In this document: positions 10,370 to 20,417 of the stretch, piece after piece | Numbering within the stretch: the first letter of the stretch is position 1 | Layout: each line of letters opens with the position of its first letter | DNA from: Candidatus Danuiimicrobium aquiferis | GTDB taxonomy: Bacteria > Omnitrophota > Omnitrophia > Omnitrophales > Danuiimicrobiaceae | DNA: 64,000 nt | Assembly (NCBI GenBank): GCA_001804285.1 | Contig: MHFR01000068.1 | Coordinates: forward strand, 103,230 to 167,229 | Reading direction: 5' to 3' | Program-made: the position numbers and the translations under genes | The notes under the pieces: model-generated | Seen by the model: the letters and a program-made list of their open reading frames with translations, nothing else | What the model was told of the DNA's origin: nothing | Database searches by the model: none

Positions 10370-11461
10370 ATGACCATGAAAATACTTGCGCTTGTGACGG
10401 ACGCTTTTGGCGGCGAATTCGGGATTGCAGAATACAATCGCTGTCTTTTAGAGGCGATGGCTGAGGTAAGTGAAGATGCTGAAGTTATTGTTTTGCCGAG
10501 GTTGAAACAGAGATTTGCGAGTGAAATTCCGGGGAGAATTTCGCAAAAAGATGTGATTTCGAATAAATTTCTTTATGTCATCAATGTCATAAAAGTACTT
10601 TGCTTGGACGGTCCATTTGACCTTGTTTTTTGCGGGCATATTCATCTATCTTCAACTTCAATGTTTATATCAAAAATTTTCAGAATTCCTTTTTGGATTC
10701 AACTGCACGGTGTTGAAGGATGGGAGAAACACGGCTTTTTTCAAAAACTTGCGGCGAATTGTGCCGATTTGATTTTATCGGTAAGTCAATATACGAAGGA
10801 GAGATTTTTACAGTCAGTTCCTATTAGCTCGGAAAAGGTCAGGGTTCTCCCAAACATGGTGAGAAAATGTTTTATTCCTGGGGTCAAGCCTGTTCAATTG
10901 CTCGAAAAATATGGCTTGAAAGATAAAAAAATTATTTTGACGGTCGCCCGGCTCGACCGGAAAGACCGCGACAAAGGAATTGCGCTTATGATTGAAATCC
11001 TTCCCGAGCTTATTAAGCATTTCCAGGACTTGGTTTATGTTGTTGTCGGCGATGGGGACGATCGTAGCTATTTGGAAAGCCTGTCAAGAAAGCATAATGT
11101 TTCAGCATGCGTTGTTTTCGCAGGGAAGATAACAGAAAGAAGTTTGCCCGATTTTTACCGGATGGCGGATCTTTTTGTTATGCCAAGTACCAAGGAAGGT
11201 TTTGGGATCGTCTACCTTGAATCGATGGCCTGCGGGATTCCTGCGATAGGGAGCGGGGTTGATGGGAGTCGCGACTTATTAAAGCATGGTTTAATAGCAG
11301 GATCTGCCGATCAAGGAGCTTTGTGCCGTTTGATTCTACAAAAATTAAGCGAAGGGCATTTGCCTGATTTTTTAATGTCGGAACGGATCCACCAGGAATT
11401 CGGAAGAGAACAATTTTTAAGCCGTGTAAAAAAAATATTCCATGAACAAAGGCTGATTTAA
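10370..11461 (+). CDS. Glycosyltransferase family 1.
   Basis: It has the GT-B C-terminal motif (FVMPSTKEGFGIVYLESMACGIPAIGS). Confidence 0.8.
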   Translation: MTMKILALVTDAFGGEFGIAEYNRCLLEAMAEVSEDAEVIVLPRLKQRFASEIPGRISQKDVISNKFLYVINVIKVLCLDGPFDLVFCGHIHLSSTSMFISKIFRIPFWIQLHGVEGWEKHGFFQKLAANCADLILSVSQYTKERFLQSVPISSEKVRVLPNMVRKCFIPGVKPVQLLEKYGLKDKKIILTVARLDRKDRDKGIALMIEILPELIKHFQDLVYVVVGDGDDRSYLESLSRKHNVSACVVFAGKITERSLPDFYRMADLFVMPSTKEGFGIVYLESMACGIPAIGSGVDGSRDLLKHGLIAGSADQGALCRLILQKLSEGHLPDFLMSERIHQEFGREQFLSRVKKIFHEQRLI

Positions 11462-11477
11462 TAGAATTGCCACTATC

Positions 11478-12977
11478 TTGTTTGATTGGAGCAATATGAG
11501 AATAAAAAAATACAAAATGTCGCAATTCATAACAACGATTATTATAGGGTTTTTGCTCAATATTATTTTCATTCGTTATGCGTCAAAGAACACGGGAGCG
11601 ATTAATAGTTCCAATCTGACAGAAATTCAGTTTCTATGTATTCTTGCCGCCATTGCTGCCATTTTTGGGGTTTGGAATTGGAGGCTTAATGTCAAGTTTG
11701 TGCTTTTCTTGTTGTTATTCGAGGGTGCGTTAAGAAAATGGGTTTTTTTATCTTATTCTTCGAGCATTTATATGGCAAAAGACATATTTATCATTTTAGC
11801 GTATTTGGGATATTTTTTCTCGTCTTTGAAAAATAAGAAAAAAATAAAGATAAAGATGAACTTGACAACATGGCGCATTTCAAATTATTTATTGGCCGTT
11901 TTTCTGCTTTATGGAATTGTTGAATTATTCAACCCGCGAACGCCTGTTTTATTAGGCCTATTTGGATTTAAGGCTTATTTTCTTTATATTCCATTAACAT
12001 GGTTAACATTTCAAATGTTTGAAACTTCGGAAGATCTCATCAATTTCTTGTATCAAATTCTGCTTCTTGCGATTCCAATGGGAGTTCTAGGCGGGATTCA
12101 GTTTTTTGAAAGTCCATTGCATCCATTGAATCGTTATGCGGCTGAGGGAGTGATCGCTACCTTTGGGGCCGGGGGAAAAGCGAGAGTTTCGGGCACGTTT
12201 GCTTTTGTGACGGGGAATGGCGTATTTTTCTTTTTTGTTTTTTGCCTTGTTATCGGATTCATTATTTATCGTAGGAATAAAAGCCTTAAGATGATTCCGA
12301 GTTTAATCGTATTAATATTTTCGGTCGGGAATATATTGATGACAGGGTATCGTGCCTATGTTTTACAATCGATTGTTGCAACAGTCTTTTTCTTGCTTTC
12401 GTTGATTGCCGGTTCGATAAAATTTATTCGGGCGCATTTCTTGAAAATGGTAATCGTCATTGCAGTCATTGGAATTTCTTTATCGCGTTTTTTTCCGAAC
12501 GCGCTTGAGATGTTTCAAATGCGGTTAGATAGCTTAGGTATGGAAGATCTATCGGATCGAGTGAAGGAGAGTACAAGATTTCCTTCGGAAGAAATGGAAT
12601 TGGCGGGTGGTATTGGGTTTGGGTTAGGTTCAACCCAGCATGGAAAGGACGCAATTTTAGATAAGATGGGAATAAGTACGGATATTATACCAACCGGCAT
12701 TGGATACGAAGAAGAACCGGAGCGAATTATGCTTGAATTAGGTTCGGTTGGTTTTTCGATTTATTATTTGTTCCGGGTATTTATATTAATTGGAATGTTT
12801 AATCTGCTCAAATTGCTTTTACGATGCGAGACTTATCCCATTGCCTTTGGTTTATTTATGTTCATGTTGTTGAATGGCTTGACGCCGCTTGTGTTTAATC
12901 ACATTTTTAATGTTTTATTTTGGTTCTCAGCAGGTGTGATTCTTGCCCTTTATCAATTTAATCAACAAAAAACCTGA
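11478..12977 (+). CDS. Polytopic membrane protein, possibly an oligosaccharide repeat-unit polymerase or ligase (Wzy-like).
   Basis: The 499 aa ORF has about 10-12 hydrophobic helices, sits in the glycan locus and carries no enzymatic motif I recognise. Confidence 0.5.
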   Translation: MFDWSNMRIKKYKMSQFITTIIIGFLLNIIFIRYASKNTGAINSSNLTEIQFLCILAAIAAIFGVWNWRLNVKFVLFLLLFEGALRKWVFLSYSSSIYMAKDIFIILAYLGYFFSSLKNKKKIKIKMNLTTWRISNYLLAVFLLYGIVELFNPRTPVLLGLFGFKAYFLYIPLTWLTFQMFETSEDLINFLYQILLLAIPMGVLGGIQFFESPLHPLNRYAAEGVIATFGAGGKARVSGTFAFVTGNGVFFFFVFCLVIGFIIYRRNKSLKMIPSLIVLIFSVGNILMTGYRAYVLQSIVATVFFLLSLIAGSIKFIRAHFLKMVIVIAVIGISLSRFFPNALEMFQMRLDSLGMEDLSDRVKESTRFPSEEMELAGGIGFGLGSTQHGKDAILDKMGISTDIIPTGIGYEEEPERIMLELGSVGFSIYYLFRVFILIGMFNLLKLLLRCETYPIAFGLFMFMLLNGLTPLVFNHIFNVLFWFSAGVILALYQFNQQKT

Positions 12978-12988
12978 TAAGTGAAAAT

Positions 12989-14158
12989 ATGAACGTCTTG
13001 CATGTGATCCCTTCCGCGGATATCCATCTGGGTGGGCCTGTTAATGTGATTAAACCAATGCTCGCCGCATTAATTTCGTTAGGGATTCGGATTGCGTTAG
13101 TTGCTACTTCGCCTGCAAGAGGAATTGACAACTGCTATCCTTGCGAAGTTAAATATCCAGTGTATAAGTTTCCGAGCATATTGGGGCATCAGTGGGGAAT
13201 TTCGCCGGGATGTGCAAAATGGTTAAATGAGCATGTCCAGGATTATGATTTGGTGCATATACATTCAATTTTTACTTTTACAACGTTAGCAACAAGTCAT
13301 GCCTGTCAAAAACGAAAAGTTCCCTATTTAATACGTCCTTGTGGGGTATTGAGTTATATTGGGCTCCATCAAAAACAATTTAAAAAGATGCTGTATATGA
13401 AATTGTTGGAGAGAAATAACTTAAACAAAGCATCTGCTATTCATTGCGCATCGGCATCCGAGGCTGAGGCTGTTTCGCGGTGGGTGCCCTGCCGGAAAGT
13501 TAAAATTGTTCCGCTGGGAACTGCCGAACCGCATCTCTTAGCCAGCCAAGCGACATCACCTTTTGAATCACTGAAAGCGGGTCGGAAACAACCGATTGTT
13601 TTTATGAGCAGAATTGCTCCCGGGAAGGGAGTTGAATTGTTAATAGAAACAGCAGATATTTTAAGAAAAAGACGTTCGGATTTTATTTTTGTCATTTGCG
13701 GAAGCCAAAACTCTCTTTATGAGAGGCGGCTAAAAAAGATGATTTATGATAAAGGTCTTTTAATGTACTTTAAATTTTTGGATTTTTTGGATGGCCCTTT
13801 GAAATCACGAGTATTACAGGACGCCGTATGTTTTGTATTGCCATCGATAAACGAAAGTTTTGGTGTTTCCGTTATTGAGGCAATGGCATGCGGGGCTCCG
13901 GTTGTTATATCAAAACAGGTTGGAATTGCTGAGCAAATCAGTGCTTCGGGGGCTGGGCTTGTCGTTGATTGTAATCCGAACGAGTTTGCGAATGCTGTCG
14001 AACTTTTGTTGGTTGATCCTCAAAAACGTTTATTGTTTGCAGACCGGGGGAAAACGTTGGTGAGTGAAAAGTTCCGTTGGGAAAAAGTAGCTCCTCAGAT
14101 AGTTGACATGTATCGCGAAATATTGAATGAAAAAGGCGGAAAGGTGACCGATGCCTGA
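12989..14158 (+). CDS. Glycosyltransferase family 1.
   Basis: It has the GT-B motif (FVLPSINESFGVSVIEAMACGAPVVIS). Confidence 0.8.
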   Translation: MNVLHVIPSADIHLGGPVNVIKPMLAALISLGIRIALVATSPARGIDNCYPCEVKYPVYKFPSILGHQWGISPGCAKWLNEHVQDYDLVHIHSIFTFTTLATSHACQKRKVPYLIRPCGVLSYIGLHQKQFKKMLYMKLLERNNLNKASAIHCASASEAEAVSRWVPCRKVKIVPLGTAEPHLLASQATSPFESLKAGRKQPIVFMSRIAPGKGVELLIETADILRKRRSDFIFVICGSQNSLYERRLKKMIYDKGLLMYFKFLDFLDGPLKSRVLQDAVCFVLPSINESFGVSVIEAMACGAPVVISKQVGIAEQISASGAGLVVDCNPNEFANAVELLLVDPQKRLLFADRGKTLVSEKFRWEKVAPQIVDMYREILNEKGGKVTDA

Positions 14159-15002
14159 CCTTTCGGTGATTGTAATTACCTATAATGAAGAAAAAAATAT
14201 TGAAGCGTGTTTGAAAAGTGTGCAAGGTTTGGCTTCGGAGATTTATATCGTTGATTCGTTCAGCAGCGATGGAACACTATCGATCGCAGAGAGATACAAG
14301 GCTAAGGTTTGCCGGCATGAATTCAAAACGCATGCGTGTCAGTGGCAGTGGGCCTTGCAACATTTACCGTTACAAACGGAATGGGTATTGGCGCTTGATG
14401 CCGATCAAAGATTGTCAAATGAGCTTCGGGATGAGATTTGTTTGTTTTTCAATCAAAACATTTCAGATTATGACGGGATCTATATTAACCGGCGCAATTA
14501 TTTTTTCGGTAAATGGATCCGGTATGGTGGATACTATCCAAAATATATGCTAAAACTTTTTCGGCGCAGCAAGGTTTTTATGGATCCATCTGAGTATGTT
14601 GATGCGCATTTTTATTTAAATTCCGGAAAAGTTCTGTGCCTTAAAAATGATTTAATCGAAGAAAATTTAAAAGACGATCGGTTAGCCGTATGGATTGATA
14701 AACATAAAAAATATGCCAAGTTGCAAGCCCGTGAAGAATATGAGGTCACATGTTCAGGGGGGCGGAAGTGGCCTGTTGAGCCCAGAATGGCTGGAAATCC
14801 AAATGAAAGGACCCTGTGGTTGAAAAAAGGGTGGTACGCATCACCGCGGTACTTGAGAGCATTTATATATTTTTTTTATAGATTTTTTATTCGATTGGGC
14901 TTCTTAGACGGTTTCGCTGGCGTTATTTTTCATGTTTTGCAGGGATTATGGTATCGGTTGCTTATTGATTATTATATTGGGCAAATAAAAAGAACATCTT
15001 AA
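14151..15002 (+). CDS. Glycosyltransferase family 2 with a C-terminal membrane anchor.
   Basis: The N-terminus reads MPDLSVIVITYNEEKNIEACLKSV. A DADQ motif is present and the C-terminus is hydrophobic. The start overlaps the upstream gene by 8 nt. Confidence 0.75.
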   Translation: MPDLSVIVITYNEEKNIEACLKSVQGLASEIYIVDSFSSDGTLSIAERYKAKVCRHEFKTHACQWQWALQHLPLQTEWVLALDADQRLSNELRDEICLFFNQNISDYDGIYINRRNYFFGKWIRYGGYYPKYMLKLFRRSKVFMDPSEYVDAHFYLNSGKVLCLKNDLIEENLKDDRLAVWIDKHKKYAKLQAREEYEVTCSGGRKWPVEPRMAGNPNERTLWLKKGWYASPRYLRAFIYFFYRFFIRLGFLDGFAGVIFHVLQGLWYRLLIDYYIGQIKRTS

Positions 15003-15015
15003 CAAAATTGATTTT

Positions 15016-16749
15016 ATGATTATTCTCGGTGTTAATATTTTTCATGGGGATGCGGCGGCTGTATTGTTGAAGGACGGCAAGCTGATTGCCGCGGCGGAAG
15101 AAGAACGGTTTACGCGAATTAAACACTATGCCGGATTTCCAACATACGCCATCCGATATTGTCTTCGGGAAGCAAATATTGATTTTAATGATATCGACTA
15201 CCTTGCTATTTCAAGAGATCCAAGTGCTCATTTAGCGAGTCGCATTTGGTTTAATTTAAAAAAGGCCATTCAAAATCAATCCCTCTCATGGGCTACTGAT
15301 CGTTTGCGTCAAGTCGTGAGATTATCAAACATAGCCGGATTGATCAGAAAATCGTTTAACCTGAAATCGATTAAAGCGAAAATACATTATGTTGAACATC
15401 ACCTTGCCCATGTCGCTAGCGCTTTTTATGCTTCTGGTTTTTCAGAAGCCGCCGTGATGTCTATAGATGCCTTTGGGGATTTTGTTAGCACAAAATGGGG
15501 GATCGGCAGCAAAGGGAAAATTCATATTCAGGGTGAAGTGACTTATCCTGATTCTCTCGGGATCGTTTATACGGCATTGACACAATTTCTCGGATTTCCT
15601 AATTACGGAGACGAATACAAAGTCATGGCATTAGCCTCTTACGGGAAACCTGTCTATGAAAAAGAATTTCAGACGATATTGAAACTGAAAGCAAACGGCC
15701 GTTTTTCAATAGGCTTGGATTGTTTCCGCCACCATTCCGAAGGGATTGAGATGGAGTGGGAAGACGGAGCTCCCGAACTTGGGAGAATTTATTCCGATAA
15801 ATTAATCGATTTGTTAGGGAAGCCAAGGAATCCGGAAGATCCAATAGAAAGAAGGCATCAAGATATTGCCGCTTCTTTGCAGTTCAGTGTGGAAAATGCG
15901 GTCTATCATTTACTTAATCATCTTCACAAAAAAACGGGAATGACTAAATTATGTTTGGCGGGCGGAGTGGCTTTTAATAGCGTTGCAAACGGGAAAATTT
16001 GCAAGCGCACGCCTTTTTGTGAGATTTTTATTCAGCCTGCGGCGGGTGATGCTGGTACGGCTTTAGGAGCAGCGCTATATACGTCCCATGAATTGTTACA
16101 TGCTCATCAGGGCTGGAGAATGGATCATGCTTATTGGGGGGCAAAATATTCGGCAAGGGATATTCAAGTTTATTTAGCTGAGAACGGTATTGAATTCCGG
16201 CAACTGAACGATGAAGAGCTTTTACCATGGCTAGCGGGAGAGCTTGCGGGTGGGAAAATGATTGGTTGGTTTCAGGGAAGAATGGAATGGGGACCGCGAG
16301 CGCTTGGTAATCGCAGTATTTTGATCGATCCGAGAAATGAGGTGTTGAAAGATGAATTAAATAGGCGAATTAAGAAACGGGAAACATTTCGTCCTTTTGC
16401 GCCGGCCGTTTTACAAGAACGGGCAAATGAATTTTTTGAAATGGATGTGTGGGGGTCGCCTTTTATGCTGGAAGTTTATCCCGTCCGTAAACAGATGCGC
16501 GAAAAAATCCCTGCGGTGACGCATATAGATGGGACCGCACGCGTTCAGACAGTTAATCATTATCAAAACCCACGCTTTTATGATTTGATTAAGAAATTCG
16601 GAGAAAAAACTGGAATTCCAGTTCTACTCAATACATCATTTAACGAAAATGAGCCGATCGTTGAAAATCCGGGTCAAGCGATTGCGTGTTTTAAACGGAA
16701 TGCCTTGGACATTCTTATTTTAGAAGATTGCGTTATTGAGAAAGTATGA
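15016..16749 (+). CDS. Carbamoyltransferase (NodU/CmcH family).
   Basis: The N-terminus (ILGVNIFHGDAAAVLLKDGKLIAAAEEERFTRIKHYAGFP) is characteristic of NodU-family O-carbamoyltransferases. The length is 577 aa. Confidence 0.88.
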   Translation: MIILGVNIFHGDAAAVLLKDGKLIAAAEEERFTRIKHYAGFPTYAIRYCLREANIDFNDIDYLAISRDPSAHLASRIWFNLKKAIQNQSLSWATDRLRQVVRLSNIAGLIRKSFNLKSIKAKIHYVEHHLAHVASAFYASGFSEAAVMSIDAFGDFVSTKWGIGSKGKIHIQGEVTYPDSLGIVYTALTQFLGFPNYGDEYKVMALASYGKPVYEKEFQTILKLKANGRFSIGLDCFRHHSEGIEMEWEDGAPELGRIYSDKLIDLLGKPRNPEDPIERRHQDIAASLQFSVENAVYHLLNHLHKKTGMTKLCLAGGVAFNSVANGKICKRTPFCEIFIQPAAGDAGTALGAALYTSHELLHAHQGWRMDHAYWGAKYSARDIQVYLAENGIEFRQLNDEELLPWLAGELAGGKMIGWFQGRMEWGPRALGNRSILIDPRNEVLKDELNRRIKKRETFRPFAPAVLQERANEFFEMDVWGSPFMLEVYPVRKQMREKIPAVTHIDGTARVQTVNHYQNPRFYDLIKKFGEKTGIPVLLNTSFNENEPIVENPGQAIACFKRNALDILILEDCVIEKV

Positions 16750-17954
16750 AAATTTTATTGATTAATCAGGTTTTTTATCCCGACTGTGTATCGACGGCGC
16801 AGCATTTGACGGATCTCGCACTTTACCTGGTTTCACACGGGCACGAGGTGACGGTTTTGTGCGGAAATAGGGCTTATGCTGACGAGAAAAAAAAATATTC
16901 AAAATTTGAAGTTTACCGAAAAATTAATATCCATCGCGTTTCTTATTTCCCTGTGCGAAAAAATGGGAAAATTCCCCGGATTGTAAGTTCCGTGAGTTTT
17001 ATATTAACTGCGATAGGTAAACTGCTATTCACGAATAAGCAGGATGTTGTTATCTGCCTCACTTCACCGCCTTTGATTGGATTAGCAGCTGTTTTATTCA
17101 GCCGTTTAAAAGGTGCAAAGTGTGTTGAATGGGTTATGGATTTAAATCCCGACGAGGCGATTGCAGCAGGCTGGATTCAGTCCGATTCGTTGCTCACCGT
17201 CTGGCTTCGACGGATGACACGTTTTATTTTTCGCAGTAGCCAAAAAATCATTGTGCTTGATCAGTTCATGAAAGAACGGCTTGCGGCAAGCGGTGTTCCG
17301 GAAAATAAAATTCAAATTATTTCACCCTGGGCACATGACGCAACAGTTCATCCGGTCAATCATGAGGAGAACCATTTTAGAAAACAATATCAACTCGAGA
17401 ATAAATTTGTGGTGATGTATTCCGGAAACCATAGTTTGTGTCATCCGTTGGATACCTTGCTTGGGGTGGCTTTGCGTTTGAGAAATGAGCCCGCTATTTT
17501 GTTTTATTTTATCGGTGGCGGCGCGAGAATATGTGATGTGCGTGATTTCAAATTGAAACACGGGCTTGATCATATCATTCAACTTGACTATCAGCCGATG
17601 GAAGGCTTGAGTGAATCGCTTTCCGCAGCTGATTTGCATGTTGTGACCATGGGGGATGAATTTGTAGGAATGGTCCACCCCTGTAAAATTTATGACATTT
17701 TAGCTGTTGGCCGGCCGTTTATTTTTATCGGGCCGTCGAAAAGCCACATTGGAGAAATAGTTTGTGAACATCGAATTGGATATCATGTTGAACACGGAAA
17801 TATCGACGGCCTTGTCCAAATTATTCAAAAAGTTCGCACATTAAGAATTGAAGAAAAAGCGGAAATCTTACGCACAAGTATGTCGATAATCAATAATAAA
17901 TTCAGCCAAAAAAAAATGTGTGAAACAATTGAAAATTTAATTCAACAAATATAA
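16746..17954 (+). CDS. Glycosyltransferase family 1 (WcaI-like).
   Basis: It has a GT-B architecture and its start overlaps the previous stop in an ATGA. Confidence 0.75.
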   Translation: MKILLINQVFYPDCVSTAQHLTDLALYLVSHGHEVTVLCGNRAYADEKKKYSKFEVYRKINIHRVSYFPVRKNGKIPRIVSSVSFILTAIGKLLFTNKQDVVICLTSPPLIGLAAVLFSRLKGAKCVEWVMDLNPDEAIAAGWIQSDSLLTVWLRRMTRFIFRSSQKIIVLDQFMKERLAASGVPENKIQIISPWAHDATVHPVNHEENHFRKQYQLENKFVVMYSGNHSLCHPLDTLLGVALRLRNEPAILFYFIGGGARICDVRDFKLKHGLDHIIQLDYQPMEGLSESLSAADLHVVTMGDEFVGMVHPCKIYDILAVGRPFIFIGPSKSHIGEIVCEHRIGYHVEHGNIDGLVQIIQKVRTLRIEEKAEILRTSMSIINNKFSQKKMCETIENLIQQI

Positions 17955-17975
17955 TTTCCCGGGATTTTTCTTTAC

Positions 17976-19004
17976 ATGGGTATAGACTTTCCGATTTTCT
18001 TATGCGTGGCTGCGGGCCTGTCAGCACTCTCAACCTATGGACTCATTTTGCTATTTCGAAAAAGGGGATTGCCCCGCCGCTTGACTGAAAAAACGGCATA
18101 TCGGAAAAAGAAAGTGATTCCTGCTTATGGCGGGATAGCGATTTATTTATCAGTATGGCTGACTTTGGGAATCATTTCATTAAAAAATGGTTTTTTTCCG
18201 CGCGAAATGATGGGGCTGTGGATTGCTTCCTCTTTGATTCTATTACTTGGAATTTGGGATGATACTTGTAAGGTGAATTATTTTATCAAGTTTATTTTTC
18301 AGATCTTTTCTGCGCTTATTCTTTATTGCTATGGTTTCCGCGCGGAATATTTTACGCATCCGTTTACCGGAGAATCAGTACCGTTGGGGTTTATGTCGAT
18401 TTTTGCTACGGTGTTTTGGTATCTTTTGATTATTAATGCGATTAATTTGATTGATGGATTGGATGGACTTGCAACCGGAGTTTCTGCCATTGCTTTTTGG
18501 GTGTTGAATGCTTTGAGCCATTTCGGAAATGTGATTACCGGTGTTCTTTTGGGAGCCCTGATTGGATTTCTACCGTTTAATTTTTTTCCTGCAAGAATAT
18601 TTTTAGGTGATACGGGCAGTCAACTGCTGGGATTGCTTCTTGCGGCGATGATTCTTCTCGGTTCTTTTAAGGCGTCGGTTTCGATTGCATTATCTATTCC
18701 GCTTTCCATCCTGATGATTCCGGTGATTAATACCCTATTAATTGCGATTGTCCGGGTCGGGCAGGGAAGGAATCCCTTTCAATCAAAAGGCGGTTTTCAT
18801 TTACATTATATGCTTATTCGCATGGGATTGACACACCGGCTGACGGTTCTGATTTTATATTTAGTTTCGCTCTTTTTCGGATATATCGCGTTGTGGATGC
18901 TCAGACATGCTTCGCGGCCGGTTTCGTTTTGGGTAACGGTTGCCAGTATTTTGTTGCTTGCGGTTGTGTATTTCGGAATTGATCGTGTAAGACAACGGCA
19001 TTAA
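17976..19004 (+). CDS. wecA: Undecaprenyl-phosphate alpha-N-acetylhexosaminyl-1-phosphate transferase (WecA/MraY family), the initiating enzyme of the glycan pathway.
   Basis: It has the MraY/WecA motifs IWDD and NLIDGLDGLA plus multiple TM helices. Confidence 0.85.
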   Translation: MGIDFPIFLCVAAGLSALSTYGLILLFRKRGLPRRLTEKTAYRKKKVIPAYGGIAIYLSVWLTLGIISLKNGFFPREMMGLWIASSLILLLGIWDDTCKVNYFIKFIFQIFSALILYCYGFRAEYFTHPFTGESVPLGFMSIFATVFWYLLIINAINLIDGLDGLATGVSAIAFWVLNALSHFGNVITGVLLGALIGFLPFNFFPARIFLGDTGSQLLGLLLAAMILLGSFKASVSIALSIPLSILMIPVINTLLIAIVRVGQGRNPFQSKGGFHLHYMLIRMGLTHRLTVLILYLVSLFFGYIALWMLRHASRPVSFWVTVASILLLAVVYFGIDRVRQRH

Positions 19005-19102
19005 ATGGCCGATATAAACTTGTTGAAATTATTTCTAAAATCGGCATAATTCGACCACTTAAGAAGATTAAACGAACATAAAGAGAGGGTTAAAGTAAAT
19101 AA

Positions 19103-19909
19103 ATGTCAAAACGAAATCATATTTCTTTTTTTCTTAGTAGATTAGTGCCTATTTTTATTCTAACGCCTATTTTATTATGGGGTTGTTCGGGATCCGGGGC
19201 TTATGCCCCACCTATCGGGCCTGAGCCAACTCAAATGGCAGCTCTTCCTGGACAGTATGGCGTTGCAGTTCAGCCGTTGGGTGACGTGTATCATGAAGTC
19301 GGACCGATGGAAACGATATGGCGGATCAGCAAAATGTATGGAGTTGAACAAGCCGATATTATGCGAGCGAACAATATTCAAAATGCGGGGAAACTCAAAA
19401 TTGGTCAGAAACTTTTGATTCCGCAAGCGGAAAGACCAAGGGATGTCGTTCCTCTCTATAATGTGCGTCCCTGGAGTTATATGATTGTTCATCACACGGC
19501 GACGGACATCGGAAATGCGAAACTGATAGATAAATCGCATCACAATCGCGGTTGGGTAGAGGGGTTGGGTTATCATTTTCTGATAGATAACGGAACGTTA
19601 GGAAAAGGCAATGGCCAGATTGAAGTGGGGCCGCGTTGGGTGAAACAAATGGATGGCGCGCACACAAAAGCCGGCAATATGAATTCAGTGGGAATTGGGG
19701 TTAGCGTGGTTGGGAATTTTTCTGAAGCGTATGTCTCGGAACAACAAATGCAATCATTGGTTTCGCTGATCAATATTCTCAGGAACCACTATCACATTCC
19801 ATTAAATCACGTGATGGGGCATAGAGATGTCCCCGGGGCTCAAACAGAATGTCCCGGCAAAATGTTTCCATGGTCCGAATTAATGCGAAGGTTGCGGAGT
19901 TCGCAATAA
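19103..19909 (+). CDS. Lipoprotein carrying a LysM domain and an N-acetylmuramoyl-L-alanine amidase (amidase_2/PGRP) domain.
   Basis: A lipobox (LLWGCSG) is followed by a LysM region (TIWRISKMYGVEQADIMRANNI...GQKLLIP). The amidase_2 domain reads IVHHTAT...GYHFLID...MGHRDVPGAQTECPG. Confidence 0.85.
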   Translation: MSKRNHISFFLSRLVPIFILTPILLWGCSGSGAYAPPIGPEPTQMAALPGQYGVAVQPLGDVYHEVGPMETIWRISKMYGVEQADIMRANNIQNAGKLKIGQKLLIPQAERPRDVVPLYNVRPWSYMIVHHTATDIGNAKLIDKSHHNRGWVEGLGYHFLIDNGTLGKGNGQIEVGPRWVKQMDGAHTKAGNMNSVGIGVSVVGNFSEAYVSEQQMQSLVSLINILRNHYHIPLNHVMGHRDVPGAQTECPGKMFPWSELMRRLRSSQ

Positions 19910-19937
19910 TTCAGCGAATTTCTCTTTAATGAACATT

Positions 19938-19967
19938 TTGACCTAACCAGCCTTCATGTAATATACT
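19938..19967 (+). promoter_or_regulatory. Candidate sigma70 promoter of the feoA operon.
   Basis: TTGACC (19938-19943) is followed by a 17-18 nt spacer and ATATAC/TATACT (19961-19967). It lies about 175 nt upstream of feoA. Confidence 0.4.
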
Positions 19968-20141
19968 CTTACCTTAAATTAACCGCGTTTTTTTTGCCAA
20001 GATCGGCTACCTATGGCAGAACTTATTGCGAAAATCTTTAATTTTTCACTTTTTCTGCCACACAGCGAAGCAGTGCTGCTTCGCAGGCAAGTTGTTGGCG
20101 GATCCGCCTCTGGCGGAAACTTTTTAGGGGCGAGTTAAACC

Positions 20142-20417
20142 ATGCCTATTCGAATCAATTTGAACAAAGAATTTCTTTCCCTCGACCAACTCAAACCGGG
20201 TGAAATCGGAATGATTCAAGATTATAAGGGGATGGGTGAGATTAGCGGTCGAATTAAAGAATTGGGTTTGATTCGGGGTTCTCTTGTACTGGTTAAAAAA
20301 TATGCACCTTTTAACGATCCATTAGAAATTGTTGTCCGAGGTTCTCATTTATCACTTCGAAAGAAAGAAGCTTCTCAAATTGTCGTTATCAAAGTCTTGC
20401 CGAAGATTGAGCCATGA
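20142..20417 (+). CDS. feoA: FeoA-domain protein.
   Basis: It is a small SH3-like protein (LKPGEIGMIQDYKGMGEISGRIKELGLIRGSLVLVKK) directly upstream of feoB and overlapping it. Confidence 0.85.
   Translation: MPIRINLNKEFLSLDQLKPGEIGMIQDYKGMGEISGRIKELGLIRGSLVLVKKYAPFNDPLEIVVRGSHLSLRKKEASQIVVIKVLPKIEP

Noticed and set aside
11178-11525. The 115-aa minus-strand ORF across the GT1/next-gene junction.
   Set aside because: It overlaps two well-supported + strand genes and their intergenic RBS region, so it is an antisense artefact.
19910-20141. A Fur box upstream of feoA.
   Set aside because: I scanned by eye for the GATAATGATAATCATTATC consensus and found no convincing match. Only a candidate -35/-10 and a downstream hairpin (20071-20090) are present.
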